Assembly (NCBI GenBank): GCA_018394315.1
Contig: CP074575.1
Span: 1,768,615 to 1,832,614, forward strand
Source: Mycoplasmatota bacterium
Lineage (GTDB): Bacteria > Bacillota_I > Bacilli_A > MAG-NZ
Reading direction: 5' to 3'
DNA: 64,000 nucleotides
Shown here: positions 22,801 to 31,978 of the stretch, one piece after another
Layout of the letters: each line of letters starts with the position of its first letter
Numbering within the stretch: the first letter of the stretch is position 1
The notes under the pieces: generated by a model
Database searches by the model: none
Seen by the model: only the letters and a program-made list of their open reading frames with translations
Told to the model about the DNA's origin: nothing
Program-made: the position numbers and the translations under genes

Positions 22801-22978
22801 AATTACACTTTATATTGTCTAATTTTAAAAATGACACAAAAAGACTATCAAATAGTACAGAGTGTTTAACATAATTGTATTTTATGATTCCTTGTTTAAG
22901 AGTAGACAAATCTAATTCAGTATTATCAATTTTTAAACTAGTAAGTTCCATAGTATGTCCTCCGATTTCCATAAACAT
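19808..22978 (-). CDS. Multi-PAS-like sensor, diguanylate cyclase (GGDEF) and HD-GYP phosphodiesterase
   Basis: DIDGLKLVND.YGH, RIGGDEF, LHDIGK, HHEKWDGSGYP. Confidence 0.9.
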   Translation of the reverse strand: MFMEIGGHTMELTSLKIDNTELDLSTLKQGIIKYNYVKHSVLFDSLFVSFLKLDNIKCNSYIQDDNKEIVKNNDIYNLVKFIKNAQTEEEFRKFKFKSKDSIRTVYCKKIIQLDDEYIYSYLVSPKIDKFLRYHNTLSNMLEYISDVSSAKFWWVDFSEGYEQYYDSYILYGTKNENYTTGISDFQDMMNRAADLRPEYKELIRLEQKSFDDCILGITDTWHGKYPILSRNNEIVWIETIGKVVSRDKQKKPILIIGVDTIISDEIAAKLEGELFEKIIDKGLNNSNIGIWIMSIENGKEEFKYNDKIRELYGFSNLCTSNNLGFASSNEWELAKKKVIDKYPEYITFFEDDQKKYEALLNGLINEYKSIIPLFNSKGFLNWLEIRSNAVSKDDNGVVNTISGAAIDITDLFESKIYQNLLSKKTLKVNKANRLAIEMSNLLIFSIDFTDHPNGEYLYGNENFIEILGLDKNSDGLISIEQYLDTIIENDEYSLSENELEHLTKEIHEGKIDGFKEILVKHKNLKTGNVLYAKHFVNVHSRESNGKVSYLSGYLIEVTKEINEKKLNEMLQNSINKYQRFNKLAVRAGELLVFNINYLENNFGNNIYVNDVFLDKLEITTDQNFIKYDDYYNTLLLDEEGRELFSKVNKEYKKIIKGEVDGVSKFVTKHKTPINNKILYFEHNSQVQERISNGTVVAVGGFLKDITNEVLNERKIKYLAEMDMLTEVYNRNKFEDFTGEISFDVYTIVIFDIDGLKLVNDIYGHYMGDKVLKDFSDFIKDVFEDDFIFRIGGDEFSIILRDIDSKIIDNKIKEVDIFLRDYSIRNNFQISVSTGYEIVLKNDPGAFKNAFTEAENVMYRKKLSNRSSRKSRILDTLLYTLSEKTEESTEHCERLAFLASEVLKELGFSRDGELSDISLSAKLHDIGKISVSYDILNKAGKLTSEEYEEVKKHSDAGYKIIINILNSDHIAESVLHHHEKWDGSGYPYGLKGLEIPLYSRIISVCDAFDIMTSQRLYSDQISIDDAIKELMSKKGTQFDPEIVDVLIKVVKSILSSN

Positions 22979-23212
22979 CCAAGGATAATTTAGCCATTTA
23001 GATATATTATTTTACATTTTATTATTTAAATTAATATTACCATATTCTGACAAAAAAATCATTAACACCTTTATCTGAGTAATTATTGTAGGTATATTTT
23101 ATGCTTTTTTAAAAAAATTTCTTAGAAACTTTCATAATTTATATCGGGAAAAACAATTTTTAAATGGGGGAAGGCTACATACTAAACGATAGCATAGTAG
23201 CCCATTCTAGTA

Positions 23213-23524
23213 TTAGTGTGGATAATGATGTTTAGTTAATTTTATTAATTCTATTACATTCTCTAGTTTGAACTCAAGTAACATCTCTTTTTTAATAGTT
23301 GCTATAATAGTCTTTCTTACACTTTCATTAGTTTCAAGTAGTTTCTCAAGTGAAACGTGTTTACCATCCCTATGGTAATTATATTGTTCAATTACTGCTT
23401 CAATCTTTTCTCCTTCTCCATATAAGATGTTAGCAAGTGCTAATTCTTCCTTAGCGATTGACTCTAATAATAAGTTTATTACTTCACTACTTACATGAGG
23501 TTTATGATGTTTACGTTCTTCCAC
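23213..23524 (-). CDS. Conserved hypothetical protein (SIA.EE.ALA.IL..EGEKI family)
   Basis: Motif recognised from uncharacterised proteins of spore-formers; strong RBS. Confidence 0.65.
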   Translation of the reverse strand: MEERKHHKPHVSSEVINLLLESIAKEELALANILYGEGEKIEAVIEQYNYHRDGKHVSLEKLLETNESVRKTIIATIKKEMLLEFKLENVIELIKLTKHHYPH

Positions 23525-23674
23525 AGCGCCTCCCCCCTTTCTTCACCTTTATATTATGCAACACTTATATTTCTGAATAGATATTTCGACTATAAAAAAA
23601 GTAAAAAAGAGTTATTATCATTACACAAAAGTATATATTTATTAATAATATAAATGTAGGGAGGTTGTCATTTT

Positions 23675-23998
23675 ATGGATATATCAAATAAAAATATCGA
23701 AATCGAGAATATTATCAGTAAACTTTTATCTTCACTCATTAAGGAAGAAGACGCTTTAACTAGAATCTCAAATAAAGTAACTATACTTTTAAATTCCATT
23801 AACAGGAATGATAAACTTTCTGATGACGAATATTTTAAACTTAAAAGAAGTATTGAAAATTTATTAAAAGCACTCTCAATTGAAAAAATGATCTTAGAAG
23901 ACAGGTCATATAAGGTTATAGAATTTGCAAATAAAAACAATTATAGAATAAATATAAGTATTAATAACAATAAAGATATCTTGTTTTCTAAATGGTAG
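23675..23998 (+). CDS. Hypothetical protein, probable divergent paralog of 23213-23524
   Basis: LLSSLIKEEDALTRI...IEKMILE aligns with LLESIAKEELALANI...KKEMLLE; GGAGG RBS. Confidence 0.55.
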   Translation: MDISNKNIEIENIISKLLSSLIKEEDALTRISNKVTILLNSINRNDKLSDDEYFKLKRSIENLLKALSIEKMILEDRSYKVIEFANKNNYRINISINNNKDILFSKW

Positions 23999-24184
23999 TA
24001 ATATCATAGTCATTTTCAAGAAACCTATTTTATATAGCGGTCGCTTAGGATAATCGATTCAGTTTTTTTTATAATGTGAATACTATTTTCTCAAGAAAAA
24101 AAGTGAATTAAATTTCTCTAATTCACTTTGTTAATATTCCTATGAAAGATTAAAAATTTTAATAACTTATTAATTACTTAACCT

Positions 24185-25948
24185 TTACTTAGACTCTTTC
24201 AAGTATTCTCTATTTTTATAATGAGTATGTAACATTTCATGAGCTCTGTGTGAATTTGGTTTTTCTAAGAACTCTTCATATGTAACCATAACTGCTCTAT
24301 TTTTATGTGATTTTCTCAAAGCCATATCTTTATCTTCGTCATATAACGCTTTTGAACGCAGTTCAATAAAGTCATTTTTCTCATATGTTTCTGGTAATGT
24401 TATTGGTTGTCCACCACCGTTTACACAACCACCTATACATCCCATAAACTCAACGAAATGATATTGTTTTTCACCAGATTTTAGTATTTCAAAGAATTCC
24501 TTGATTGCTCTTACACCATGAACTACTGCTACATTTACATCTATTCCGTGAACATTTAAAGTAGCTTCTTTTATTTCTTCAGTACCGCGTACCATTTTAT
24601 ATTCTACTTCATCAAAAGATTTACCTTCTAATACTTCTACTACTGTACGTAATGCTGCTTCCATAACTCCACCAGTAGCTCCAAAAATATTAGCAGCTCC
24701 TGTAAATTGTGATAACTGTCCTTTTGGTTTTAATTCTTCTAAATCTCTAAAGTTTATTTCATTGTATTTAATCATTCTTGCTAATTCTCTAGTTGTAATT
24801 ACAGCATCGACATCTCTATGACCATGCGATTGCATTTCAGGTCTTTCAATTTCGAACTTTTTAGCAATACATGGCATTACTGAAACAACAAAAACATCTT
24901 CTGGTTTAATATTCATCTTAGGTGCATAATATTGTTTTGTCATCGCTCCTTGCATCATATGAGGAGATTTAGCTGATGACAACGAAGGTAAATATTCAGC
25001 TTCATACCCTTCGATATATCTTATCCAACCTGGTGAACAAGAAGTAAACATCGGGAATACTCCACCATTTTGTAATCTATCAATAAACTCATAACCCTCT
25101 TCAATTATTGTAAGGTCAGCACTCCAGTTAACATCACCAATATCATCGAATCCCAATTCATCAAATGCTCTATACATTTTCCCTTCTACATTTGTTCCTA
25201 CAGGATATCCAAATTCCTCAGCCAAAGCAACTCTAACCGATGGTGCTGGTTGAATTACGACAAACTTTTTAGGGTCATTTAATGCTTCTTGAACTTTCAT
25301 TATTCCGTCTTTTTCTGTTAATGCTCCAACAGGACAAGCTTGAATACATTTACCACAATAAACACAACCTGAGTTATCAATAGAAATAGGATCAATACTT
25401 TCTACTATTGAGTCACTTCCTCTTTTATTGATAGACAGTATATCTAATCCTGTATAAGTATGACATGCAGATACGCATCTACCACACAATAAACATTTAC
25501 CACTATCTAGAACTAAAGAAACACTTGAATCCCTAATAACACGTTCTTTCCTACCATGTTCTTGTTTTTCGGCAAGTGGATTTTGAACATTATTTTTTCT
25601 TAATAATCTTAAAAATTCACAATTATGTTCTCTTGAACATGCCCAACATTCAAACGAATGATTTGCTGCTAATAACTCAAGTGAGTTTTTAACACTGCTT
25701 TTTACTTTTTCATTTCCAGTATTAACTTTCATTCCCTCATAAACTTCTAGTTTGCACGAGCTTTTAAGACCATTTTGACCATCTACATCAACAACGCAAA
25801 CTCTACAATCACCCTCATTATTAATTCCCTTTAAGTAGCACAAGCGAGGTATATAGATGCCATTTTCTTCAGCAACCTCTAAAACTGTCTGCCCTTTTCT
25901 CGCTTTTAATTCTATGTCATTGATTGTCATTTTTACAAAATCTGACAT
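24185..25948 (-). CDS. hydA: [FeFe]-hydrogenase catalytic subunit (group A, NuoG-like N-terminus)
   Basis: H-cluster motifs TSCSPGW, MPCIAKKFE, EFMGCIGGCVNGGGQP; accessory Fe-S Cys motifs. Confidence 0.96.
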   Translation of the reverse strand: MSDFVKMTINDIELKARKGQTVLEVAEENGIYIPRLCYLKGINNEGDCRVCVVDVDGQNGLKSSCKLEVYEGMKVNTGNEKVKSSVKNSLELLAANHSFECWACSREHNCEFLRLLRKNNVQNPLAEKQEHGRKERVIRDSSVSLVLDSGKCLLCGRCVSACHTYTGLDILSINKRGSDSIVESIDPISIDNSGCVYCGKCIQACPVGALTEKDGIMKVQEALNDPKKFVVIQPAPSVRVALAEEFGYPVGTNVEGKMYRAFDELGFDDIGDVNWSADLTIIEEGYEFIDRLQNGGVFPMFTSCSPGWIRYIEGYEAEYLPSLSSAKSPHMMQGAMTKQYYAPKMNIKPEDVFVVSVMPCIAKKFEIERPEMQSHGHRDVDAVITTRELARMIKYNEINFRDLEELKPKGQLSQFTGAANIFGATGGVMEAALRTVVEVLEGKSFDEVEYKMVRGTEEIKEATLNVHGIDVNVAVVHGVRAIKEFFEILKSGEKQYHFVEFMGCIGGCVNGGGQPITLPETYEKNDFIELRSKALYDEDKDMALRKSHKNRAVMVTYEEFLEKPNSHRAHEMLHTHYKNREYLKESK

Positions 25949-27298
25949 TTATTTACCCTCCCCAAAATTATATAATTTATTTTGAAATTCATTTCTAAAC
26001 TTATCTAATCCTGATAATACAGGATTAGGAGCTGATTGACCTAAACCACAGAAAGCTGAATTAATCATATAATATGATAAATCTTCTAGTTGTATTAAAT
26101 CTTTATCTGTACCCATTCCTGATTCTATCTTCTTAAGAAGTTCGTATATTCTAACAGTACCCTCTCTACAAGGTGTACATCTACCACATGATTCTTTCAT
26201 GTTAAATTTCATGAATGAGCGACAAAGACTAACAATATCATTTGATTCGTCTAAAACGATTAAGCCTCCTGCTCCCATTTGAACACCATTCTTAGCTAAC
26301 GTGTCAAATCCTGTTCTTCTAAACAGTTCGTCTTTTTTTAAGAAACCACCACTAGGACCACTAAATAGAACAGCCTTAAAATCACTTCCATTTGCCATAC
26401 CACCAGCAACTTGCTCTAAAATTGTCTTAATTGGCATACCAGTTGGTAATTCATAGTATCCAGGTCTTTTTACCTTACCAGAGATTGTGTGAATTTTAGT
26501 ACCAGGAGTTTCAGGATTACCAATTTTATGATACCAATGTCCACCTTTTTGAATGATTTGAGGAACAATACATAGAGTTTCTACATTATTTACAACTGTT
26601 GGTTTTCCATACAATCCTTCAGTAACTGGGAAAGGTGGTTTGTTTCTAGGCTGACCTTTCATTCCTTCAATTGATTCAATTAATGCAGTTTCTTCCCCAC
26701 ATATATAAGCCCCTGCTCCGATTCTTAATTCAATATCAAATTTGAAATCGGTATTAAACAAAGGACTACCCAAAATTCCTAATTCATAAGCGTCTTTAAT
26801 AGCCTTTTCAAGAACAACTTTACATTTTGGATACTCAATTCTTAAATATATAAATCCTTTTGTCGCTCCGATAGCCATACCAGCAATTAACATTCCCTCA
26901 ATAACTGAGTGAGGATCGCTTTCCATAATGATTCTATCCATGTAATCCCCTGGAATACCTTCATCTGCATTCATGATAATGTATTTTTGATCAGCATTCG
27001 CATCGTGCGCGAACTGCCATTTTAGACCAGTAGGAAATCCAGCTCCTCCTCGTCCTCTAAGTCCTGATTTCTTCATCTCTTGAATTATATCAGTTTGTTT
27101 CATTTGACTTGCCTTTAAAGCGCCTAAGTAACCATCTCTAGCAATATACTCTTCTATTGATAATGGGTTAATTACACCTGCATTTCTAAGCTTGTCCCTA
27201 ATTTCTAAAGAATTTAATTCAATATTTTTATTGAATTTATCTCCTACTTCATTCAAAGTTTTCTCTTTGATTTTCATTAATTTAGCTAAAGTTATCAT
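25949..27298 (-). CDS. hydB: NADH/FMN-binding NuoF-like hydrogenase beta subunit (short form)
   Basis: GLRGRGGAGFPTG, NADEG, GAYICGEETAL, ESCGRCTPCREG, CGLGQ. Confidence 0.93.
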   Translation of the reverse strand: MITLAKLMKIKEKTLNEVGDKFNKNIELNSLEIRDKLRNAGVINPLSIEEYIARDGYLGALKASQMKQTDIIQEMKKSGLRGRGGAGFPTGLKWQFAHDANADQKYIIMNADEGIPGDYMDRIIMESDPHSVIEGMLIAGMAIGATKGFIYLRIEYPKCKVVLEKAIKDAYELGILGSPLFNTDFKFDIELRIGAGAYICGEETALIESIEGMKGQPRNKPPFPVTEGLYGKPTVVNNVETLCIVPQIIQKGGHWYHKIGNPETPGTKIHTISGKVKRPGYYELPTGMPIKTILEQVAGGMANGSDFKAVLFSGPSGGFLKKDELFRRTGFDTLAKNGVQMGAGGLIVLDESNDIVSLCRSFMKFNMKESCGRCTPCREGTVRIYELLKKIESGMGTDKDLIQLEDLSYYMINSAFCGLGQSAPNPVLSGLDKFRNEFQNKLYNFGEGK

Positions 27299-27662
27299 TT
27301 CAGATGCTCCTTTACAATTGAACCTAATTCAAAGACATCTACATTAGTATGTAGCTCATCATTAACTGTAATAGTTGGAGACTGATCACAGTGACCATTA
27401 CAATAAGTAACTTCTACAGATACTTTTCCATCTTCAGTAGTGTGTTCATCTTCTAGATTTAACTTGCTTTTAAGAACCTTAGTTAAGTCTTCAGAACCAT
27501 TTACTACACAACTTGCTCCCTCACAAATCCTAATGACAATATCACCCATTGGTTTTTCAGTAAAGTAATCATAAAATGTAGCAGTTGAGTTGACTTGTGA
27601 CATAGGGATCCCTAATTCCAATGAAATCAACTTGCTAGCAGCAAGTGGTATACACTTATAGA

Positions 27663-29169
27663 GGCTGTAAAATTAAGTTTGGGGTAAGAGAGTTATTCTC
27701 TTATTTCAAACTTTTTTAATGGAAACAAAAAAAGTGCATAATAATCCGATATAATTTAAGCGCTCAAACCTAATTAGAAAGGAAATTATTATGCACTCAA
27801 ATTCTATCACATTTAATAATGATATAAAATCTATTTTCAATATCCACGATAAATCTATAGTCCTAGATAACTATGAAATTATCGATGACTCAATAATCAT
27901 TCATCTTTCAAGGAATCGCCAATTAGTCAAATGTTCAGTCTGTGGAGAATTAACTGATAAGGTCCACGACTATTATATTCGCACTATTAATCATGGTGTT
28001 TTCAATAACCGTAAGTGTTTTATTAAATACAAGCAACGTAGATATCGTTGTGATTGTGGTAAGAGATTCTCTTTACCTAATCAATTTGTTGAGAAGTACA
28101 ATAAGATTAGTTCTAACTCTAAATGGAGTATCATTAACGAGGCTATACTTGTTTCTTCTTTCAAAGACATGGGGAAAAGACTTAATATGTCTTCTACCAC
28201 TGTAAGAAGAATATTTAATATGCATTGTAAACAATCTAGAAAGTCTTTACCTAGAGTATTAAGCATTGATGAATTCAAAGGTAATAGTGGTGGATACAAA
28301 TACAATCTAAGTATTTGTGATCCTTCTAATAGACAAATAATAGATATATTACCTTGTAGATATAAGGATTACTTACACCACTACTTTAGTACGTTTTCTT
28401 CTGAAGAACTAAGTAATGTAGAGGTTATTACTATGGATATGTATCATACTTACCACGATATTTGTAAGGAATTCTTTCCTAACGCTACTATAGTAATCGA
28501 TACTTTCCACTTTGTTAGACTAGTTACCAATGCAGCTAATAATGTAAGGATTAGAATTATGAAGAAGTTTAATCGAATTGATAAGCAATACAAAGTCCTC
28601 AAATCTAGATGGAGATTATTTAATACTAAACCAGATTGCATCTCGGATAAATGGATATTTGATAAAAGGAGTAAGCAATGGACAAGTGATTCATCATTAC
28701 TTGATTACATGAGAAACATTCATCCAGAGTTAGGTAAGACCAGAGAGTTACTAGAATCGTTTTATGAGATTGTTCATAACTCAAGCTATCCTACCGTTTA
28801 TCATGAGCTCAATAATTGGATCATTGAAGCGAAGAAAACTAACATTGGTGAAGTTAGAGAAGCAGCATTATCTATAGAAAGGTGGTTACCTGAGATAGTT
28901 AATTCGTTTATGATTAATCCTGATACTGAAACTAAATACACCTCAGCCTTTATTGAAGGTAGTAATAACTATATCAAAGTGATAAAACGTACTTCATATG
29001 GATTTAGATGTTTCAATACTTTTAGAAACAAAATACTTTATCATCACAATAATTCAAGACATATTATATCTGCATAGTTATGCACAAAAAAAGGACATAG
29101 ATTTTTTCAATCTATATCCTTAAACTCTTACTCATTTATTGAGTTTACCCCAATCCTTGACTTAGAGCC
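27663..29169 (+). mobile_element. ISL3-family insertion sequence, 1507 bp
   Basis: Ends GGCTGTAAAATT... / ...CTTAGAGCC; 8-bp TSD CTTATAGA at 27655-27662 and 29170-29177. Confidence 0.95.
27791..29077 (+). CDS. ISL3 transposase
   Basis: Zn ribbon, SIDEF, TMDMY, DTFHFV, EGSNNYIKVIKRTSYGFR. Confidence 0.95.
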   Translation: MHSNSITFNNDIKSIFNIHDKSIVLDNYEIIDDSIIIHLSRNRQLVKCSVCGELTDKVHDYYIRTINHGVFNNRKCFIKYKQRRYRCDCGKRFSLPNQFVEKYNKISSNSKWSIINEAILVSSFKDMGKRLNMSSTTVRRIFNMHCKQSRKSLPRVLSIDEFKGNSGGYKYNLSICDPSNRQIIDILPCRYKDYLHHYFSTFSSEELSNVEVITMDMYHTYHDICKEFFPNATIVIDTFHFVRLVTNAANNVRIRIMKKFNRIDKQYKVLKSRWRLFNTKPDCISDKWIFDKRSKQWTSDSSLLDYMRNIHPELGKTRELLESFYEIVHNSSYPTVYHELNNWIIEAKKTNIGEVREAALSIERWLPEIVNSFMINPDTETKYTSAFIEGSNNYIKVIKRTSYGFRCFNTFRNKILYHHNNSRHIISA

Positions 29170-29557
29170 CTTATAGATTCCATTGATCTCGTGTAGTATT
29201 TCAATAAGTGGTGTCTCATAAGCAGAATATTTCGCTACAATATCCCTTATTGCTTGTGCCTCTTTCTTTGACATTTTTACTAATCCCATTAAACCCCTCC
29301 TAATTTATCATAAAAAATATTTTCACAAGTAAATGACTACAATAAATTGTACTCGTACTCTTATGAAATTTCTTATTTATTTAACTAAAATCGTGCTGAT
29401 TAATCCATCCATAATTTGCATATTCAATATCGATTAAAGTATCAATCACCACGAAGTTTTTTATTTGTTTCCGTCTTAAAAATACTTAATTAGTAACGAG
29501 CCACGACCGAAAATCAATTTTTTTATATTTTTATCCACTATAAGTATCTACGCTGTC

Positions 29558-29585
29558 ATTATAACACCATATAATTCATAGTCAA
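29558..29585 (-). promoter_or_regulatory. Putative SigA promoter of the hydrogenase operon
   Basis: TTGACT-16 nt-TATAAT with an extended TG motif. Confidence 0.55.
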
Positions 29586-29850
29586 TGACAAATCGTCAAT
29601 TTTCTTAAAAATGGCTTTATTGTGCCACTTATACATTTATTATAGGTATCAAATGTTACCTTTAAAATGCAAAAATATATTTGAATAATCCTGGAAAAGT
29701 TTACGTTTAATGAATGAGACAAAGAGAAAGATAAGAATACTATATAAGTATAAAATTTTATCGATACAACATTAAATGGATGAAATTAGTTTAATTTTTT
29801 TAATTTATGTGTGATACGTCTAAAGCACCTAATATGATTTTGTGATAGAA

Positions 29851-29989
29851 AAAGAAAGTTTTTTAAGCTTTCTTTTATATAATAATTTTAATATATTGTT
29901 TATTATATGTCCCTTGACTTGGGCCAGCAAAACCCATTTGTTGCTGAGCCATAGAAACCAATCTATCAGTACTAACACAAGAAGCCAAC
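29851..29989 (-). repeat. sspA 3'-end/terminator copy E (most degenerate) with 50-bp att-like site 29940-29989
   Basis: Aligns to 51304-51436. Confidence 0.9.
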
Positions 29990-29991
29990 TA

Positions 29992-30510
29992 TTATTGCTT
30001 TAAAATTACTTCCTCTTGTATAAAATTTTCTTTTTCTTCATAACTATTTATTTCGATAACTTTCCCCTTAAATGAGGATAATACTTCATTTATCCTTGGA
30101 TAGTTATTCTTTTCAAAATCTCTAACAAATTGAGAAAATTCTTCATTCACTATTCCTCCATCGAATCCAGATGCTATATCAGAACATTTTTTATACTTGC
30201 TTGATTCTTGTCTTTTGTAAATATTATCTAAACAAATTTCACCAGGAATTTTCATGAAGATTATTGTATCCGCATACTCGCTTCTGAACTGTAATGTTGC
30301 ATTATAATTTCCATCAATGATCCATTTATTGTTTGATAGAGCAAAATCGGTAATAATTGATTTCAATTCTTCTTTTGATATTGTATGATTATTATTAATG
30401 TGAAACACCCTGTCTAAATGTAAAATGGGATACTTCAACACTAAACCTAATTGTTTAGCAAAAGTACTTTTACCAGCTCCTGGGCTTCCAATTATTAAAA
30501 TTTTATTCAT
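29992..30510 (-). CDS. Topology-modulation protein FlaR / adenylate-kinase-like P-loop protein
   Basis: KILIIGSPGAGKST, LHLD, WIIDGNY; RBS supports ATG 30510. Confidence 0.85.
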   Translation of the reverse strand: MNKILIIGSPGAGKSTFAKQLGLVLKYPILHLDRVFHINNNHTISKEELKSIITDFALSNNKWIIDGNYNATLQFRSEYADTIIFMKIPGEICLDNIYKRQESSKYKKCSDIASGFDGGIVNEEFSQFVRDFEKNNYPRINEVLSSFKGKVIEINSYEEKENFIQEEVILKQ

Positions 30511-30548
30511 GGATATCACCTCATATAAAGAATACCATAATATCATTT

Positions 30549-30655
30549 TCTAAAATAAGAAAGTTTTAGAAAACTTTCTTCTATATAATATTTATTTTTA
30601 TATTAATTTATTATATATCCCTTGACTTGGGGCAGCAGAACCCATTTGTTGCTGA
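30549..30655 (-). repeat. sspA 3'-end/terminator copy D (truncated before the att centre)
   Basis: Aligns to ~51304-51418. Confidence 0.9.
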
Positions 30656-30682
30656 TAGAATGACTACGCCAGAATGTCAGTT

Positions 30683-30761
30683 ATCCATTTGTAATAGTTA
30701 GAAAAAAGACAAGATTTCAGTAAAATCAAGTCTCTTTATCTAGTCCCTAACTTACAGCTTA
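30683..30761 (-). repeat. Repeat R4 (terminator-like), also at ~44596-44674 and ~47408-47452
   Basis: Shared GACAAGATTTC...GTCT.TTT.TCTAGTC; TAACTTACAGCTTA shared with the 44.6-kb copy. Confidence 0.8.
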
Positions 30762-30852
30762 GATGGAAATCCTACCTAGAAATACAGTTAGTTCTATACT
30801 TTCATACTGCGAGTATCATTAAAAGGTATGTAATTTCATTTTAGGTCAACAC

Positions 30853-31821
30853 TTATAATCGTATTACGACATTCCCAACTTTATGTCCTTTATCTACATA
30901 AGTGTGGGCTTCTTTAAATTGATCAAAGTCAAAAGTTTTATCGATTATTGATTTTAATTGATTCAATTTAATCTGCTCGTTAAAGAAAAGAAAATCCTTC
31001 TTCTTCTCCGGGCCTTTCCTTAGTCCTGTAGCCGCAAACGTCGCTTTTTTTCCTTTAACAATAGACGTCATCATAGCTGAAAACATTACCGATAGATTCG
31101 GTACTGTTGTCATATAAATCCCATTAGATGTAAGCGCCATTTTGCATTTTTTAAAGCTGCTTTTACCTACCGCATCAAATATAACATCATATTTGGATAC
31201 TGCCTTAGTAAAATCATCTTTGGTATAGTCAACAACTTCATCCGCACCAAGTTCCTTCACCATCTGTACATTTTTACCACTACATACCGCAGTCACTTTT
31301 GCCCCGTAGTTTTTAGACAGTTGAATGGCATAAGTACCTATAGCCCCTGACGCACCATTAATTAATATATGTTGTCCTGCTTGAAGCTTTGCAACATCTC
31401 TTAGAAATGGCAACGCTGTAATTGCACCATCGCCAATACCTGCAGCTTCATCAAAACTTAGTTGCTCCGGTTTTCTTACAATAGGACTCTCACTGCTCAG
31501 ACATATATATTCTGCATGAGCCCCTGATTTTGGTGCACTAGTCCCATATACTTCATCTCCAACAGCAAATTCTGTGACACCCTCGCCTATAGCATCTATA
31601 ACTCCTGCAATACTATCTCCTGGGATATCTCTTGGTCTTAATAATCCAGCAAATAACCTTGTAATAGCAGGTTCTGCTCTTCTCACTGCACAGTCTGTTG
31701 GGGTTACAGTTGTTGCTTTTATTCTAATTCTATATTCGCCTTCTTTGGGCTCTGGGGTTGTTTCATTCACAACCTTAATAACATCTGGTGATCCATATTT
31801 TGTGTATCTTATCGCTTTCAT
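30853..31821 (-). CDS. NAD(P)-dependent MDR-family oxidoreductase (quinone-reductase/ADH-like)
   Basis: YGSPDV, INGASGAIGT, YDVIFDAVG, GHKVGNVVI. Confidence 0.9.
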   Translation of the reverse strand: MKAIRYTKYGSPDVIKVVNETTPEPKEGEYRIRIKATTVTPTDCAVRRAEPAITRLFAGLLRPRDIPGDSIAGVIDAIGEGVTEFAVGDEVYGTSAPKSGAHAEYICLSSESPIVRKPEQLSFDEAAGIGDGAITALPFLRDVAKLQAGQHILINGASGAIGTYAIQLSKNYGAKVTAVCSGKNVQMVKELGADEVVDYTKDDFTKAVSKYDVIFDAVGKSSFKKCKMALTSNGIYMTTVPNLSVMFSAMMTSIVKGKKATFAATGLRKGPEKKKDFLFFNEQIKLNQLKSIIDKTFDFDQFKEAHTYVDKGHKVGNVVIRL

Positions 31822-31860
31822 TTGCTTCTCTCCTTTTCTTTATTAACATAAAAAACTTCT

Positions 31861-31953
31861 TCAATTGACACACCAAGGAGCTAGTTGATCTTTCTTTTCT
31901 TCTTGATCAAACTTACTTGCCATATTGTTCCAAAACTTCTCTGATTGATTCAT
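31861..31953 (-). pseudogene. 30-codon N-terminal remnant resembling a class I SAM methyltransferase
   Basis: MNQSEKFWNNMASKFD with AGGAG RBS, then truncation. Confidence 0.45.
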
Positions 31954-31978
31954 TTCACTTTCTCCTGACTGTGATTTA

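Larger units (their letters stand above)
27295..29289 (-). pseudogene. hydC: NuoE-like [2Fe-2S] hydrogenase gamma subunit interrupted by ISL3
   Basis: The 5' part (29170-29289; MGLVKMSKKE...LHEINGIY) rejoins in frame with the 3' part (...CIPLAASKLISLELG...CEGASC...CNGHC) once the IS and one TSD are removed. Confidence 0.93.

Noticed and set aside
29311..29328. Rex operator upstream of the hydrogenase operon
   Set aside because: Only one half-site (TTCACAA) matches the palindrome
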